Shown here: positions 1-11,984 of the stretch, in pieces
Layout of the letters: each line of letters starts with the position of its first letter
How positions within the stretch are numbered: position 1 is the stretch's first letter
Assembly: GCF_006345805.1 (NCBI RefSeq)
Contig: NC_043001.1
Coordinates: 62,558,001-62,622,000, forward strand
Reading direction: 5' to 3'
Source: Octopus sinensis
Lineage: Eukaryota
Length of the DNA: 64,000 nt
Made by a program: the position numbers and the translations under genes
Notes under the pieces: model-generated
The model's input: only the letters and a program-made list of their open reading frames with translations
Told to the model about the DNA's origin: nothing
Databases searched by the model: none

Positions 1-865
<865 letters not shown>

Positions 866-1139
866 TATATTCAAATTTACACATGACTTACTTAGGGTCC
901 ATGCAGTTTCATTGGCCCAAAACAAATTTCAACTTCTTGCATTAGGTGAGCCTGGAGCAATCTCTTATCTCTTAAATTATTTCAGTATTACATGTCAAAA
1001 CTGAAACAATAACATCTCTATTGTTATGAGATAATACTTTCAGTTTTAATAGGTTTCACTATTAATACTTTCACTTTCTATATATAATACTTTCATTTCT
1101 ATTGCTTTCACTATATATTTATATACATGTTTGTAATTA

Positions 1140-1179
<40 letters not shown>

Positions 1180-1188
1180 GCAAATATA

Positions 1189-1230
<42 letters not shown>

Positions 1231-1241
1231 GATATATTTGC

Positions 1242-1285
<44 letters not shown>

Positions 1286-1560
1286 ATTATATACAACATG
1301 TATATAAATATAGTGAAAGCAATAAATGAAAGTATTATAGATTAGAAAGTGAAAGTATTAATAGTGAAACTTATTAAAACTGAAAGTATTATCTCACATA
1401 ACAATAGAGATGTTATTGTTTCAGTTTTGACATGTAATACTGAAATAATTTAAGATATAAGAGATTGCTCCAGGCTCACCTAATGCAAGAAGTTGAAATT
1501 TGTTTTGGGTCCATGAAACTGCATGGACCCTAAGTAAGTCATGTGTAAAATTTGAATGTA
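866..1560. repeat. ~695-bp fold-back palindrome made of two inverted copies of a Helitron-like element fragment around a (TA)n centre
   Basis: 866-1135 is the reverse complement of ~1290-1560. The inner spacer is also inverted (tatacacacgcaaatatatcta vs tagatatatttgcgtgtgtata). Arms match the element at 12240-12540 and 63060-63300. Confidence 0.9.
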
Positions 1561-1631
1561 ATCGATTGGGTAGTTCTTGAGTTTTAGTGATGTACACATA
1601 CGGATCCACAGACAGACAGATACACATTCTC

Positions 1632-2920
1632 CAAATCCCTTCAGGTAGATGGCTCTGCCCAATCTGTAGTAGAGGCATAGGTAGAAACTCTATAAGATGT
1701 ACCCAGTGTAAGCTATGGACACATAAGAGGTGCAGTAATATCAAAGGAAGGCTAACTGGGAAGATAGTGTTTGTATGTGGCAGATGCTCGGGAGCAATAA
1801 ACACTGAAAATGCACATAGAACAACTTCCGACACATTCCAGGGACTGTGTGACACGTGTACGAACAGCCATGCTACATGGCAGTGAAACATGAGCTGTGA
1901 CTGCTGAGGACATGCATAATCTCGTAAGGAATGTAGCCAGTATGATCCGATGGATGTGTAATATCAGTGTGCATACTCGACAGAGTGTAAGTACCTTGAG
2001 AGAAAAGTTGGACCTTAGAAGCATCAGATGTGGTGTGCAAGAGAGACGACTGCACTGGTATGGTCATGTAGTGCGAAGGGATGAGGATAGCTGTGAAAAA
2101 GTGCCACACCCTAGTGATTGAGGGAACCTGTGGAAGAGGTAGACCCAGGAAGACCTGGGATGAAGTGGTGAAGCATGACCTTCGAACTTTAGGCCTCACC
2201 AAGGAAATGACCAGTGACCAAGACTTTTGGAAATATGCTGTGCTTGAGAAGACCCGGCAAGCCAAATGAGAACATAACCTCGTGGCCTATGCCAGGGGCA
2301 TAACCAGCCCACTTATGCATACCTTTTCCTTCTTTAGACACTAAACTCTGCTTGCGAAGACCTGTTGAAGCAAGTGAAATCAAAATCAAATTCGATGACT
2401 GGCATCAGTGCTAGCGGGGTGCAAAAAGTACCATACGAGTGTGATCGTTGACAAAGCAGCTAACCGGCTTCCATGCCAGTGGCACATAAAAGGGACCATT
2501 CGAGTGTGATCATTACCAGTGACGCCTTAGTGGCACTTGTGCCCGTGCTAGTAGGGTGCTAAGAGCACCATCCAAGCATGATCGTTGCCAGAGCTGCTAA
2601 CTGGCTTCCGTGCCGGTGGCATGTAAAAGGCACCATTCGAGCGTGATCGTTACCAGCGTTGCCTTACTGGCACCTGTGCCGGTGGCATGTGAAAAAACAT
2701 TTGAGCGAAGTCGTTGCCAGTACCTGGCTCCCATGCCGGTGGCACGTAACAGCACCCACTACACTCTCGGAGTGGTTGGCGTTAGGAAGGGCATCCAGCT
2801 GTAGAAACTCTGCCAGATCAAGACTTGAGCCTGGTGCAGCCATCTAGTTCGCCAGCCCTCAGTCAAATCATCGAACCCATGCTGGCATGGAAAGCAGTCG
2901 TTAAACGATGATGATGATGA
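1632..2920 (+). mobile_element. 5'-truncated RTE-clade LINE (PHD finger, RT C-terminus, long 3'UTR, (GAT)n tail)
   Basis: ORF fragments WLCPICSRGIGRNSIRCTQCKLWTHKRCS, RRLHWYGHVVR, GRGRPRKTWDEVVKHD. The 3'UTR ends ...gttaaacgatgatgatgatga. Confidence 0.9.
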
Positions 2921-3930
2921 CTAGCTGAGATACCCGGCATTGCACAGGATTAAAATGTCATAGTTTGTTTATAATATATTATAGTTAAGTTGAAAAAGGT
3001 GATATGGGAAAGTACAGCATTGACAACAAAACATTTGTGGAGTAAATGGTGAGCTAATTTGACTAAGCAACATAGTATGCATTCGTTTGGAGTATCTCAG
3101 GCCCCAACCTGTCATGGAAAATTGGGGATGGGGGTTATGTGATTTTTGAACGCACCGAAAAGCTGACAGTGGATATACTCTCTTTTGCAGAAGTCTGTGC
3201 TATGTCTAACATGACCCATCATCTGAAATTTTGATACCGCCTTCAGGTTTCATGTCCTACATCACTCAAAAAGTAAATTTAGAGGAACTGTGGTTGTTCA
3301 TTTGTGGGTAACAGGGAACCAATGAGGTGATAGACTTGCCCTTGAACTTTGACATCGGCGTAAATTCATATTTAAGTATCTTCTTAGATGCAGTAAACAA
3401 TGTAATTTGAAATGCAGAGTTGTATTGTCTGATACTGTTCAGAAAATCCTTTGACTGGATGTAAGTGGCTTCTACAAGATCCATGCCTGAGCAGCATGTG
3501 CCATTTGTTTCATTTGAAAATTTTAAAGCTCTACAGAAACGACAATTTGTGTTTATCACACCAATTTGGACAGAGTCATCATTTTTATAAGAATGGGATG
3601 GATATCTGAAAGCAGCTCCAGGAGTTGTGAAGAATGAATTTGTACATAGTCTGTTTCTGAGAGCTATTCTATTGAACCTCTGTCTAGTCATCAAAACATT
3701 GATTTAATGATCCAGCATTAAGTTCTGTAGCATGCATTTGCTAATCTTGGGAAAGTCTCATCTCACTTCTCTCTTGAGACTTCATCTGATGTACTGCAGC
3801 ATCCCTTTGCTGATCTTGAGAAAATCTCATCTCACTTCTCTCTTCAGACTCTCGCCTTCGGTTTTCTACAATCCTCCTTGCTTTATACTTGTTTCTGGAG
3901 AGATTATGTATTTTCTGTGGTGGCATATTT
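2921..3930 (-). mobile_element. Internally deleted Helitron retaining the N-terminus of Rep/helicase and the 3' hairpin-CTAG end
   Basis: Minus ORFs MPPQKIHNLSR...RRRESEERSEMR and AFRYPS...CRFCRALKFSNETNGTCC...SKDFLNSIRQYNSAFQIT match the Helitron Rep N-terminal pattern. The minus strand ends cctgtgcaatgccgggtatctcagCTAG at 2921, followed by T. Confidence 0.85.
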
Positions 3931-4094
3931 CTTTAAATATTGTAAGCAAAAAATTATGAACATAGAAAAAAATTACACATTGATCCCTATTTTTGTAAGC
4001 AGTTGTATGTATGTAGTATGTTTTTATATTTGTATGCAGTATAAATTAACCAAAGAGAAGTGCATGTATGAACTGCTAATTTAACAGTAAATGC

Positions 4095-4134
<40 letters not shown>

Positions 4135-4441
4135 GCACATGTATTAAATGTTAATTTAAGGGTAAATATGTAATTGTAAATACCTTGCAACTGCTGTGAT
4201 AATGACTAACTGGTAACTGAACGGTAAATGTGTATTTTTATATACCTTGGACCTGCCACCTAATTGTTTTTTGTCAAGAGTTTCACTTCCAGCCATTCAT
4301 TATGTCAGTCAACACATAGACTGACACACCATTCTGCTGTGGTGGCCGTAAAGACAGAAAGTTGCCGATGTGTAATGTTGTTCACATTAGGATGTAAATT
4401 ATTCATTTATTTCAAATATAATAGAAGTAAGATGATCTTAA

Positions 4442-5725
4442 CCCTTTCGTTACCAAACTGCCCAAAGCCGCCCCAAAAAAATTTTGGTTAATGTGACCAA
4501 ACCACCCAAAGCCGCCCAAATTTACCTATTCATATTTAAATGAGAATATCAGAGCAAATCTCTTTAGTACATTTGTGAAAACACGTGATTATACTTCGTA
4601 AACAGTTCATCTACAGTTTTGTACAACGATTGACGTGTAATTTTAATTCCCTGAATTTTGGGAGATTTTTTTTCCACATTTTTTTCGGCATCGATTTTTC
4701 TTCAACTTTGAAAATGGATTGGAGTTTCATGTTATCAAGCATTGATTCCTAATTGGAAAATTTGTGAAGCAAATACTGGGTACTGTTGTGGATTTAGTTT
4801 TTATACAGGGAAACTAATGTTAGTCAGCATGGCTTAGGGTATGATGTGGTCTGGAAGTTATTGTTTGAAGCGATCAATGCGGAAACAAACTTACGCAAAA
4901 TGTAAACAAACACAAAATAGGGGTTCAAATTTCGGAAAATTTGTGAAACAAATACTGGTACTGCGTGGATTTAGTTTTTATACAGGGAAACTAATGTTAG
5001 TCAGCATGGCTTAGGGTATGATGTGGTCTGGAAGTTATTGTTTGAAGCGATCAATGCGGAAACAAACTTACGCAAAATGTAAACAAACACAAAATAGGGG
5101 TTCAAATTTCGGAAAATTTGTGAAACAAATACTGGGTACTGCGTGGATTTAGTTTTTATACAGGGAAAATAATGTTAGTCAGCATGGCCTAGGGAACAAT
5201 GTGGTCTGGAATTTATCACTTCCATACCATAACCAGGGCCATATATTATTTTTTGACCGATTTCTTTAGTTCGGTCAAACTTGCGGTGGATTCCAGTATT
5301 TCACTTTATTCCACCTTTATGGTACACCTGTTGTGCATTAAATTCAACTGATGATATAGAGATGTGCACAATTCTTCTTTATCAAAATTTTGTTGCATAC
5401 CCATTTGAATATTAGCTAATGATTCATTTTCTATGGTGATGTTTAAACAAAATTTTAATATTTTTACCTTTTGCTCATTTTAAAATTTTAATATTTTTAC
5501 CTTTTGCTCAATTTACCTGGATTTACCTGTAATTAAAGTCACTTTGAGACAAAAGTTATGCAATAGAACCCTTTCTTTAATTATGTTCCAAATATCACAT
5601 TAATATGTTGATAAGTAAAAAAGTTACAGTTATTTAATGAAACAAGCCTAGATTCATGATTATTTTAGAATTTAACTGAAACTCATGAGGGGTGTATTTT
5701 GGTCAGAAATATAGTAATGAAAGGG
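4442..5725 (+). mobile_element. piggyBac-family deletion derivative
   Basis: TTAA at 4438-4441 and 5726-5729. TIRs ccctttcgttac / gtaatgaaaggg. Internal remnant reads KLCEANTGYC..FYTGK..SQHGLG.VVW.L..YHNQGHILFFDRF (DDE_Tnp_1_7-like), with frameshifts. Confidence 0.9.
4755..5210 (+). repeat. ~178-bp tandem repeat (about 2.5 copies) inside the piggyBac derivative
   Basis: Unit start ggaaaatttgtgaa recurs at 4755, 4934 and 5111. Confidence 0.93.
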
Positions 5726-5739
5726 TTAATGTTATCACA

Positions 5740-6435
5740 TTAGAATTAAAAGTGAAAGAATGAAAGTGAAACAATATTATGGGGGCAACCCAATTTTCGA
5801 ATGCATAAAGAACATACACATACACGTGCACACACACACACAAACTCTCACTCTCACTCTCTCTCTCTCTCTCTCTTAGAACATAGATAAGGTATGAAAT
5901 AATAGCATTTTTCTGTCATCCGCTATCCCTGTCTTTCATCTTCTATAGAAACTTGTTTTCTGTCTCCACATGAAATGGACGTGTGTGTGTGTATGTGTGT
6001 GTGTGTGTGCATGCACGTGTGTGTGCATGCACGTGTGTGTGAGAGAAAGAGTGAGTGAGTGAGTGAGTGAGTGAAGGTGTGTGTCATGATAATTGATATC
6101 GTTGAAAGTACACACATATAGAAAATGTGACGTCATCGTTGTATAAAATGTTTACGGTAGTTGATTTATGGAAAACATTCTAATGTTAAATTTTTGAAAT
6201 GCAAATATGTGAAGGACAATGAAGTGTAATTTGTAGCTGAAATAGTACTGAATCTTTTGATCCCCCATACGTCAAAATTAGTAACTTGGTTTTGGAATGC
6301 ATATATATAGGGCAGACTTCTTTCGAATTTGAAGTAAGGCATGTGTAAAATTTGGTGAAATTCGGTTGAAAATTGTAGGAGTAGAAGTGGTCCACACAAC
6401 ACACAGACAGACAACTTGCTTTTTAATTTATATGA
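5740..6435 (-). mobile_element. Helitron-like non-autonomous element fragment (5' part) with CA/CT microsatellites
   Basis: Minus-strand start TCatataaattaaaaagcaagttgtctgtctgtgtg followed by an aatttcaaccgaatttcaccaaatttt block, as in the other Helitron-like 5' ends here. Left boundary approximate. Confidence 0.55.
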
Positions 6436-6929
6436 TATATATACATATATATAAAGAGTTCAACAGAAAACACAAGGAGAAAAAGTTAGTAGATGAAAGG
6501 AGAGCAAACGGAAAACTAGACTAAAACCTAACAGACAGGAAATTTAGGCAAAGACACAATACACAGAATATTCACAGCTGATTTTTCTTTATCAATCAAT
6601 GACCCAAAATATCATAGTGATTTTGCACCATTTAACATGAGACCACTCAATTTTGGAGACACCAGTGCTTTTATTAAGCAATGGGAAAAAGCTAGCAAAT
6701 GTATGCTAAGACAGAGATAAAACAACACACAAAGAATTATGCATGAAGCATGAAAAGCCTTATGGCTATATACAACAGAAGAAAAAGAATAATTATACAT
6801 GTACCACAAATACAACAGAAAGAGCTTTGCAGCTACTGAACAAACTTAATGGGGTGGCACAAAGATCAAATGGAGAGAGTCGAATATATATATATTTATA
6901 TATATATACACAGACACACATAGATATAG

Positions 6930-7110
6930 ATATATATTTATTTTCTCACTTCATTTTCTCTCCTTATTTCTTTCTGTGTTCCTTTCTGTGAAGGAGCGTA
7001 GGCTCAAAACGTTAAAGACTTTTTCTCTTCCCGAGCGTTGAACTAATACATCTGTTAGTTGTCTACACCACATGTCTTCATCTTTTGCTTTTATGTGAAT
7101 CCTCCCTATA
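6930..7110 (+). mobile_element. Short repeat (probable PLE 3' end) containing a minimal hammerhead-like motif; second copy at 37680-37835
   Basis: cttt-CTGTGAAG-gagc gtag gctc-AAAACGTT-aaag. The ~160-bp context is shared with 37680-37835 and both end in (TA)n. Confidence 0.5.
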
Positions 7111-7189
7111 TATATATATATATATATACACATACATGTATATGTTATATATATATATATATATACACACATACATGTATATGTTATAT

Positions 7190-7233
<44 letters not shown>

Positions 7234-7437
7234 ATAGCAATAATAATTCTCTAAATGAGATATAGACAGTAACTGCTCCATAACATAAGGGACTAAAGCC
7301 ATCTGAATATGGCTAGGGACAGGGCAGGGTGGTGGGGGTGTTACTGTTGCATTTAGCCCTAGGCGAACATCAGCGTCGCCAGATAGCCTTGACACCATCA
7401 CGGCGTCCTCTATCCTGCAAAGGGAGATAATTCCCCG

Positions 7438-7603
7438 ATGAAGCGGAAACCACACACGGACCTAGGTTTCAAGGTGTTTGCCTATTATCAACGTATGGTA
7501 GGCACCGCTTCCTCGACGAACAACTCACTCTGCAGGATATTTATATACGTTGATAATAGGCAAACACCTTGAAACCTAGGTCCGTGTGTGGTTTCCGCTT
7601 CAT
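7438..7603. repeat. Perfect 59-bp inverted repeat with 48-bp spacer (MITE-like hairpin)
   Basis: 7438-7496 atgaagcgg...caacgtat is the exact reverse complement of 7545-7603. Confidence 0.95.
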
Positions 7604-7604
7604 A

Positions 7605-7725
7605 CGTGGCACTAGCACAAGCAAGGTTAGTAGTTTTGTCATGATTTTTACAGCTGGATGCCCTTCCAAATGCCAACCACTTTACAGTGTGGACTGGAAG
7701 CTTTTTACATGGCACCAGCACTGGT
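7605..7725 (-). mobile_element. RTE 3'UTR/tail fragment
   Basis: cagctggatgcccttccaaatgccaaccact is the reverse complement of the RTE tail motif gtggttggcgttaggaagggcatccagctg. Confidence 0.7.
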
Positions 7726-9551
7726 AGGGTGAAATTTGGTGCAAATCGGTTGTAAAATGTAGAAATGCATAGTTACACAGACAGACAGACAAACATCTTC
7801 TGTATTATATACTAGCAAAGTTATCCAGCATTGCCCGTGTTACATGCAATTGAAGAATTAGACTTTTCTGTTATATTTTCTGTAATGAACTGGAATATCT
7901 ATGTTTCGAATTTCATCAAAATTGCAGATGAGGGTTATTTCCCTCTTTACACACCTTAAAAAACTGTAATCGTGCCACATGTATCCCATACTACTGATTT
8001 TTATGCGCATATTCCAAAATTCCAGTCTTATAGAACCTGTTAAAAGGATTTTGCTCCTGAAAAATGGAGGTTATGGAGCTCTAAAATGTGACAGTTAAGG
8101 CTCCTATTGGGAGTGGGCATCTTAACACTTTTGTTACCAACCCGGCCAAAACCGGCTCTGGCTCTGTAGTATAAATGTCTTGTTTTCATAAGTTTTGAAT
8201 TAAAATATTCCACCAAGCCTTAGTCACAATTTATGTTCCAAACACTATCTGAATGATAACTAAGTTATTTTACTAAATTCTTTGTTATATTTAAAATAAT
8301 TGAAAGAAACACAGAGCATCTCAAAATAAATACAGTAACAAAAGGGTTAAAGTCAACTAGAGAAGTTGAATTGTTGAGAATCTTTTTATATCTATTGTTT
8401 GAATTTCTTTGAAATAGGAAATATATGTTCACTGGGTTTGTAAAAGAGAGAATAGCTACACGAAACCAAAAGACGAATGATCACAATAAGCAGTCAGCTA
8501 CAGTACCCTAGTCGTTACCAATCCCAATGTAGTATTCCTCACCATCCAGGTGACAGGCACAGCCGTAAGACGCATTATGAATTTATAGCAATTGGAAGGG
8601 CGTGACCCAACTGAAATAAACATTAACAACAGTGTGACGTGACGGCTAACGAGAAATGAAAGTGTCACCTCTGGAGTTTGCAAATAACGACTATACTGAT
8701 ACGTAACTGGACAGAATAAATTTACAATCTATAAATGTCTTTTCATAACCAGTCACTCATCTGGGAAGGCCTTGAAATCAATGATACATCTGGGGGCTAT
8801 GTGTGACCCAGTGATAATAAAAAGACTGAAAGGAGGTCTGCAATCAAATAACTTTACTCAACACTTTGCAACTGAATCAATGGAAGCAAAGATACCTCTC
8901 ATTTACTTGACAATTTATCCAGCACATTGCAGAAATCATAATCTAAGTGTATGTCAAAGCAAACACTTACACTGGTGTACTATTGAATTACAAATAATGC
9001 TGGAGGGGTCTTTCTGACTTGTAAGAAGATGAAATTTTATAAATATTACTTCATTTGTGTCTAATATCTATGGTTAAAATTTCATCAACAGCAAAAATAT
9101 ATGAATTGTCATGGGGGTTATGGCCCTTATGCATAGAATATAATTCCCAAATTTCCTAAAGATCCATTCAGTACTTTTGACCTAGTTTTGGATCATAAAA
9201 GAAATGACTAAAATTTGGGAGTTAAGGCCCCCATTAGGGTGTCTTAGAATCCTCATGTGAAGTGGAAACTTTGAGAATACTTCTTGATGTGTGTCAATTA
9301 CCCATAGTTGAAATTTCATCAACATCAAAAATTTATGCATTATACCCTCTCTTATGCATTGAATCTAAGTTTCAAATATTAAAAGGATCCATTCAGTAAT
9401 TTTGGTCCATGAAATTGTATGAAACACACAGCATTACCCTTCTCTGTAGGCTTGGATTTTGTGTTCCAAATTTCATTATGATAGGTGCAGCAGTTTTCAA
9501 ATGTATAAGTAACACACAAACACATAAAGACATTGACTTTGATATAATAGA
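7725..9551 (-). mobile_element. Helitron-like pieces: a 5' part (7725-7811), a 3' CTAG end (7812-8120) and a 5' part ending in TC (9030-9551)
   Basis: ctagcaaagttatccagcattgcccgtgtt at 7812 is a hairpin-CTAG 3' end on the minus strand. Minus-strand TCtattatatcaaag at 9551. Repeated aaatttcatcaa blocks. Confidence 0.55.
8126..8346. mobile_element. 221-bp TTAA (piggyBac-type) MITE
   Basis: TTAA at 8122-8125 and 8347-8350. TIRs cacttttgttac / gtaacaaaaggg. Confidence 0.88.
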
Positions 9552-9577
9552 TATAAATGTGCACATATACATACATG

Positions 9578-9612
<35 letters not shown>

Positions 9613-10145
9613 ATTATATATATATATATACACACACAAAGATAAATTGATAGATACAACTGAGTGGGCAAAGAAAAATATGAGACACAGCCTAGTGTTT
9701 TTTTTTACAACTACAGCCGGCTATTACCAGTAAAGGTTTTAGTTGCCAATTTTGTACAAGACATTGTTGATCTTTAGCTGAGCTAAAAAGTCACATTCGA
9801 TCACAGCAGCAGTAACAGTTAAGCTTCGTGCAATGGCCATACTCTATTACGAGAGGGCAGCCATAATAATAATAATGTATGTATACACACACACACACAC
9901 GCACACAAACAAATATAAATTGATAGATAGAACTCAGTGGGCAAACAAAAATATGAGACACTGCCTAGTGCTTTTTTTATTTTGATAAGCCTGGTACTTA
10001 TTCTATCAGTTTCTTCTTGTGAAACCAGTAAGTTATAGGGCTGTATATAAATGAACAGCAGTTGTGAAGCAGTGATGAGGGAGAAACACAAATACACACA
10101 CTTAGACTTACATATATACATCCATATGTATACAATTGATTTCTT

Positions 10146-10300
10146 TCAGTTTCTGTCTACAAAATCCACTGACAAGGCTTTGGTTGGTCTGGGGCTATAG
10201 CAGAAGACACATGCCAAGTCACCACACAGTGGGACTGAACCCAGGACCATGTGTTTTGGAATGAGGTTTGTTACCACACAACCACACCTGCACCTATGTA
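10146..10300 (-). mobile_element. tRNA-derived SINE; duplicate at ~11477-11620
   Basis: Minus strand ggttgtgtggtaa...ggttcagtcccactg gives A/B-box-like motifs. Same family as 37007-37170. Confidence 0.75.
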
Positions 10301-10860
10301 TGTGTGTGTATGTGTGTATGGGTGTATATATGTATGCATGTATATATGTGTACATATTACATGTACATCTATATATATATATACATCTACACATATACAT
10401 GTATACATATACATCTATATCTATAGAAATACATGTGTACAAATACATGTATACATATACAGCTATACATATACATGTATAGATATATATCTATATATAT
10501 ATATACATCTATATATATACATGTATATATATACATCCATATATATATATATATATATATACATGTATATATATATATACATCCATATATATAGATGTAT
10601 ATATATATACATCCATATATATACATGTATATTACACATCCATATATATATACATGTATATATACACATCCATATATATACATGTATCAATAATACAGTG
10701 ATTGTTCTTGTCAGGAACAAAAAGATTAGTAGGACTGCTATAGAAGTGCTCTATTGAAAGAGACAAATATATCAAACTAAGGTTAAAGAACAAACAAACA
10801 ACGACCTTGCATTTGTTTGTTCTTTAACCTTAGTTTGTATATATACATGTATATATATAT

Positions 10861-10902
<42 letters not shown>

Positions 10903-10919
10903 GTGTGTGTGTGTGTGTG

Positions 10920-10971
<52 letters not shown>

Positions 10972-10979
10972 GTATGCAT

Positions 10980-11215
10980 GTGGAAGAGAGTGTAATTCAG
11001 CAGGAGGATTTAAACAACATGCAAAGGTACATGAAGCCCAGTTACAACTACAGCCGGCTATTACCAGTAAAGATTTTAGTTGCCAAGTTTGTACAAGACA
11101 TTGTAGATCTTTAGCTGGGCTAAAAAGTCACATTCGATCACAGCAGCAGTAACAGTTAAGCTTCGTGCAATGGCCATACTCAATAACGAGGGGGCAGACA
11201 TAATAATAATAATGT
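10980..11215 (+). mobile_element. 3' end of a LINE ORF2 with C-terminal C2H2-like motif and (ATA)n tail; partial duplicate at 9707-9875
   Basis: Translation ...SKDFSCQVCTRHCRSLAGLKSHIRSQQQ* followed by ataataataat. Confidence 0.6.
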
Positions 11216-11901
11216 ATGTATACACACACACACACAAACATATATAAATTGATAGATAGAACTCAGTGGGCAAACAAAAATATGAGACACTGCCTAGTGC
11301 TTTTTTTTTATTTTGATAAGCCTGGTACTTATTCTATCAGTTTCTTCTTGTGAAACCAGTAAGTTATAGGGCTGTATATAAATGAACAGCAGCTGTGAAG
11401 CAGTGATGAGGGAGAAACACAAATACACACACTTAGACTTACATATATATATCCATATGTATACAATTGATTTCTTTCAGTTTCTCTCTGCAAAATCCAC
11501 TGACAAGGCTTTGGTTGGTCTGAGGCTATAGCAGAAGAGACATGCCAAGTCACCACACAGTGGGACTGAACCCAGGACCATGTGTTTTGGAATGAGGTTT
11601 GTTACCACACAATCACACCTGCACCTATGTATGTGTGTGTATGGGTGTATATATGTATGCATGTATATATATACATCCATATATATATACATGTATATAT
11701 ATATACATCCATATATATAGATATATATATATATATACATCCATATATATACATGTATATATACACATCCATATATATATACATGTATATATATATATTA
11801 TATACATCCATATATATAGATGTATATATATACATCCATATATATACATGTATATATACACATCCATATATATACATGTATATATACACATCCATATATA
11901 T

Positions 11902-11972
<71 letters not shown>

Positions 11973-11984
11973 AATATAAATTTA

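Larger units (their letters stand above)
9707..11970. repeat. Tandem segmental duplication, period ~1337 bp (LINE 3' end, two SINEs and microsatellite)
   Basis: acaactacagccggctattaccagtaaag at 9707 and 11044, with near-identical sequence for ~900 bp after each. Confidence 0.93.

Noticed and set aside
4755-5210. Regular repeats as a possible CRISPR or satellite array
   Set aside because: There are no unique spacers, the units are transposase-derived, and the context is eukaryotic.
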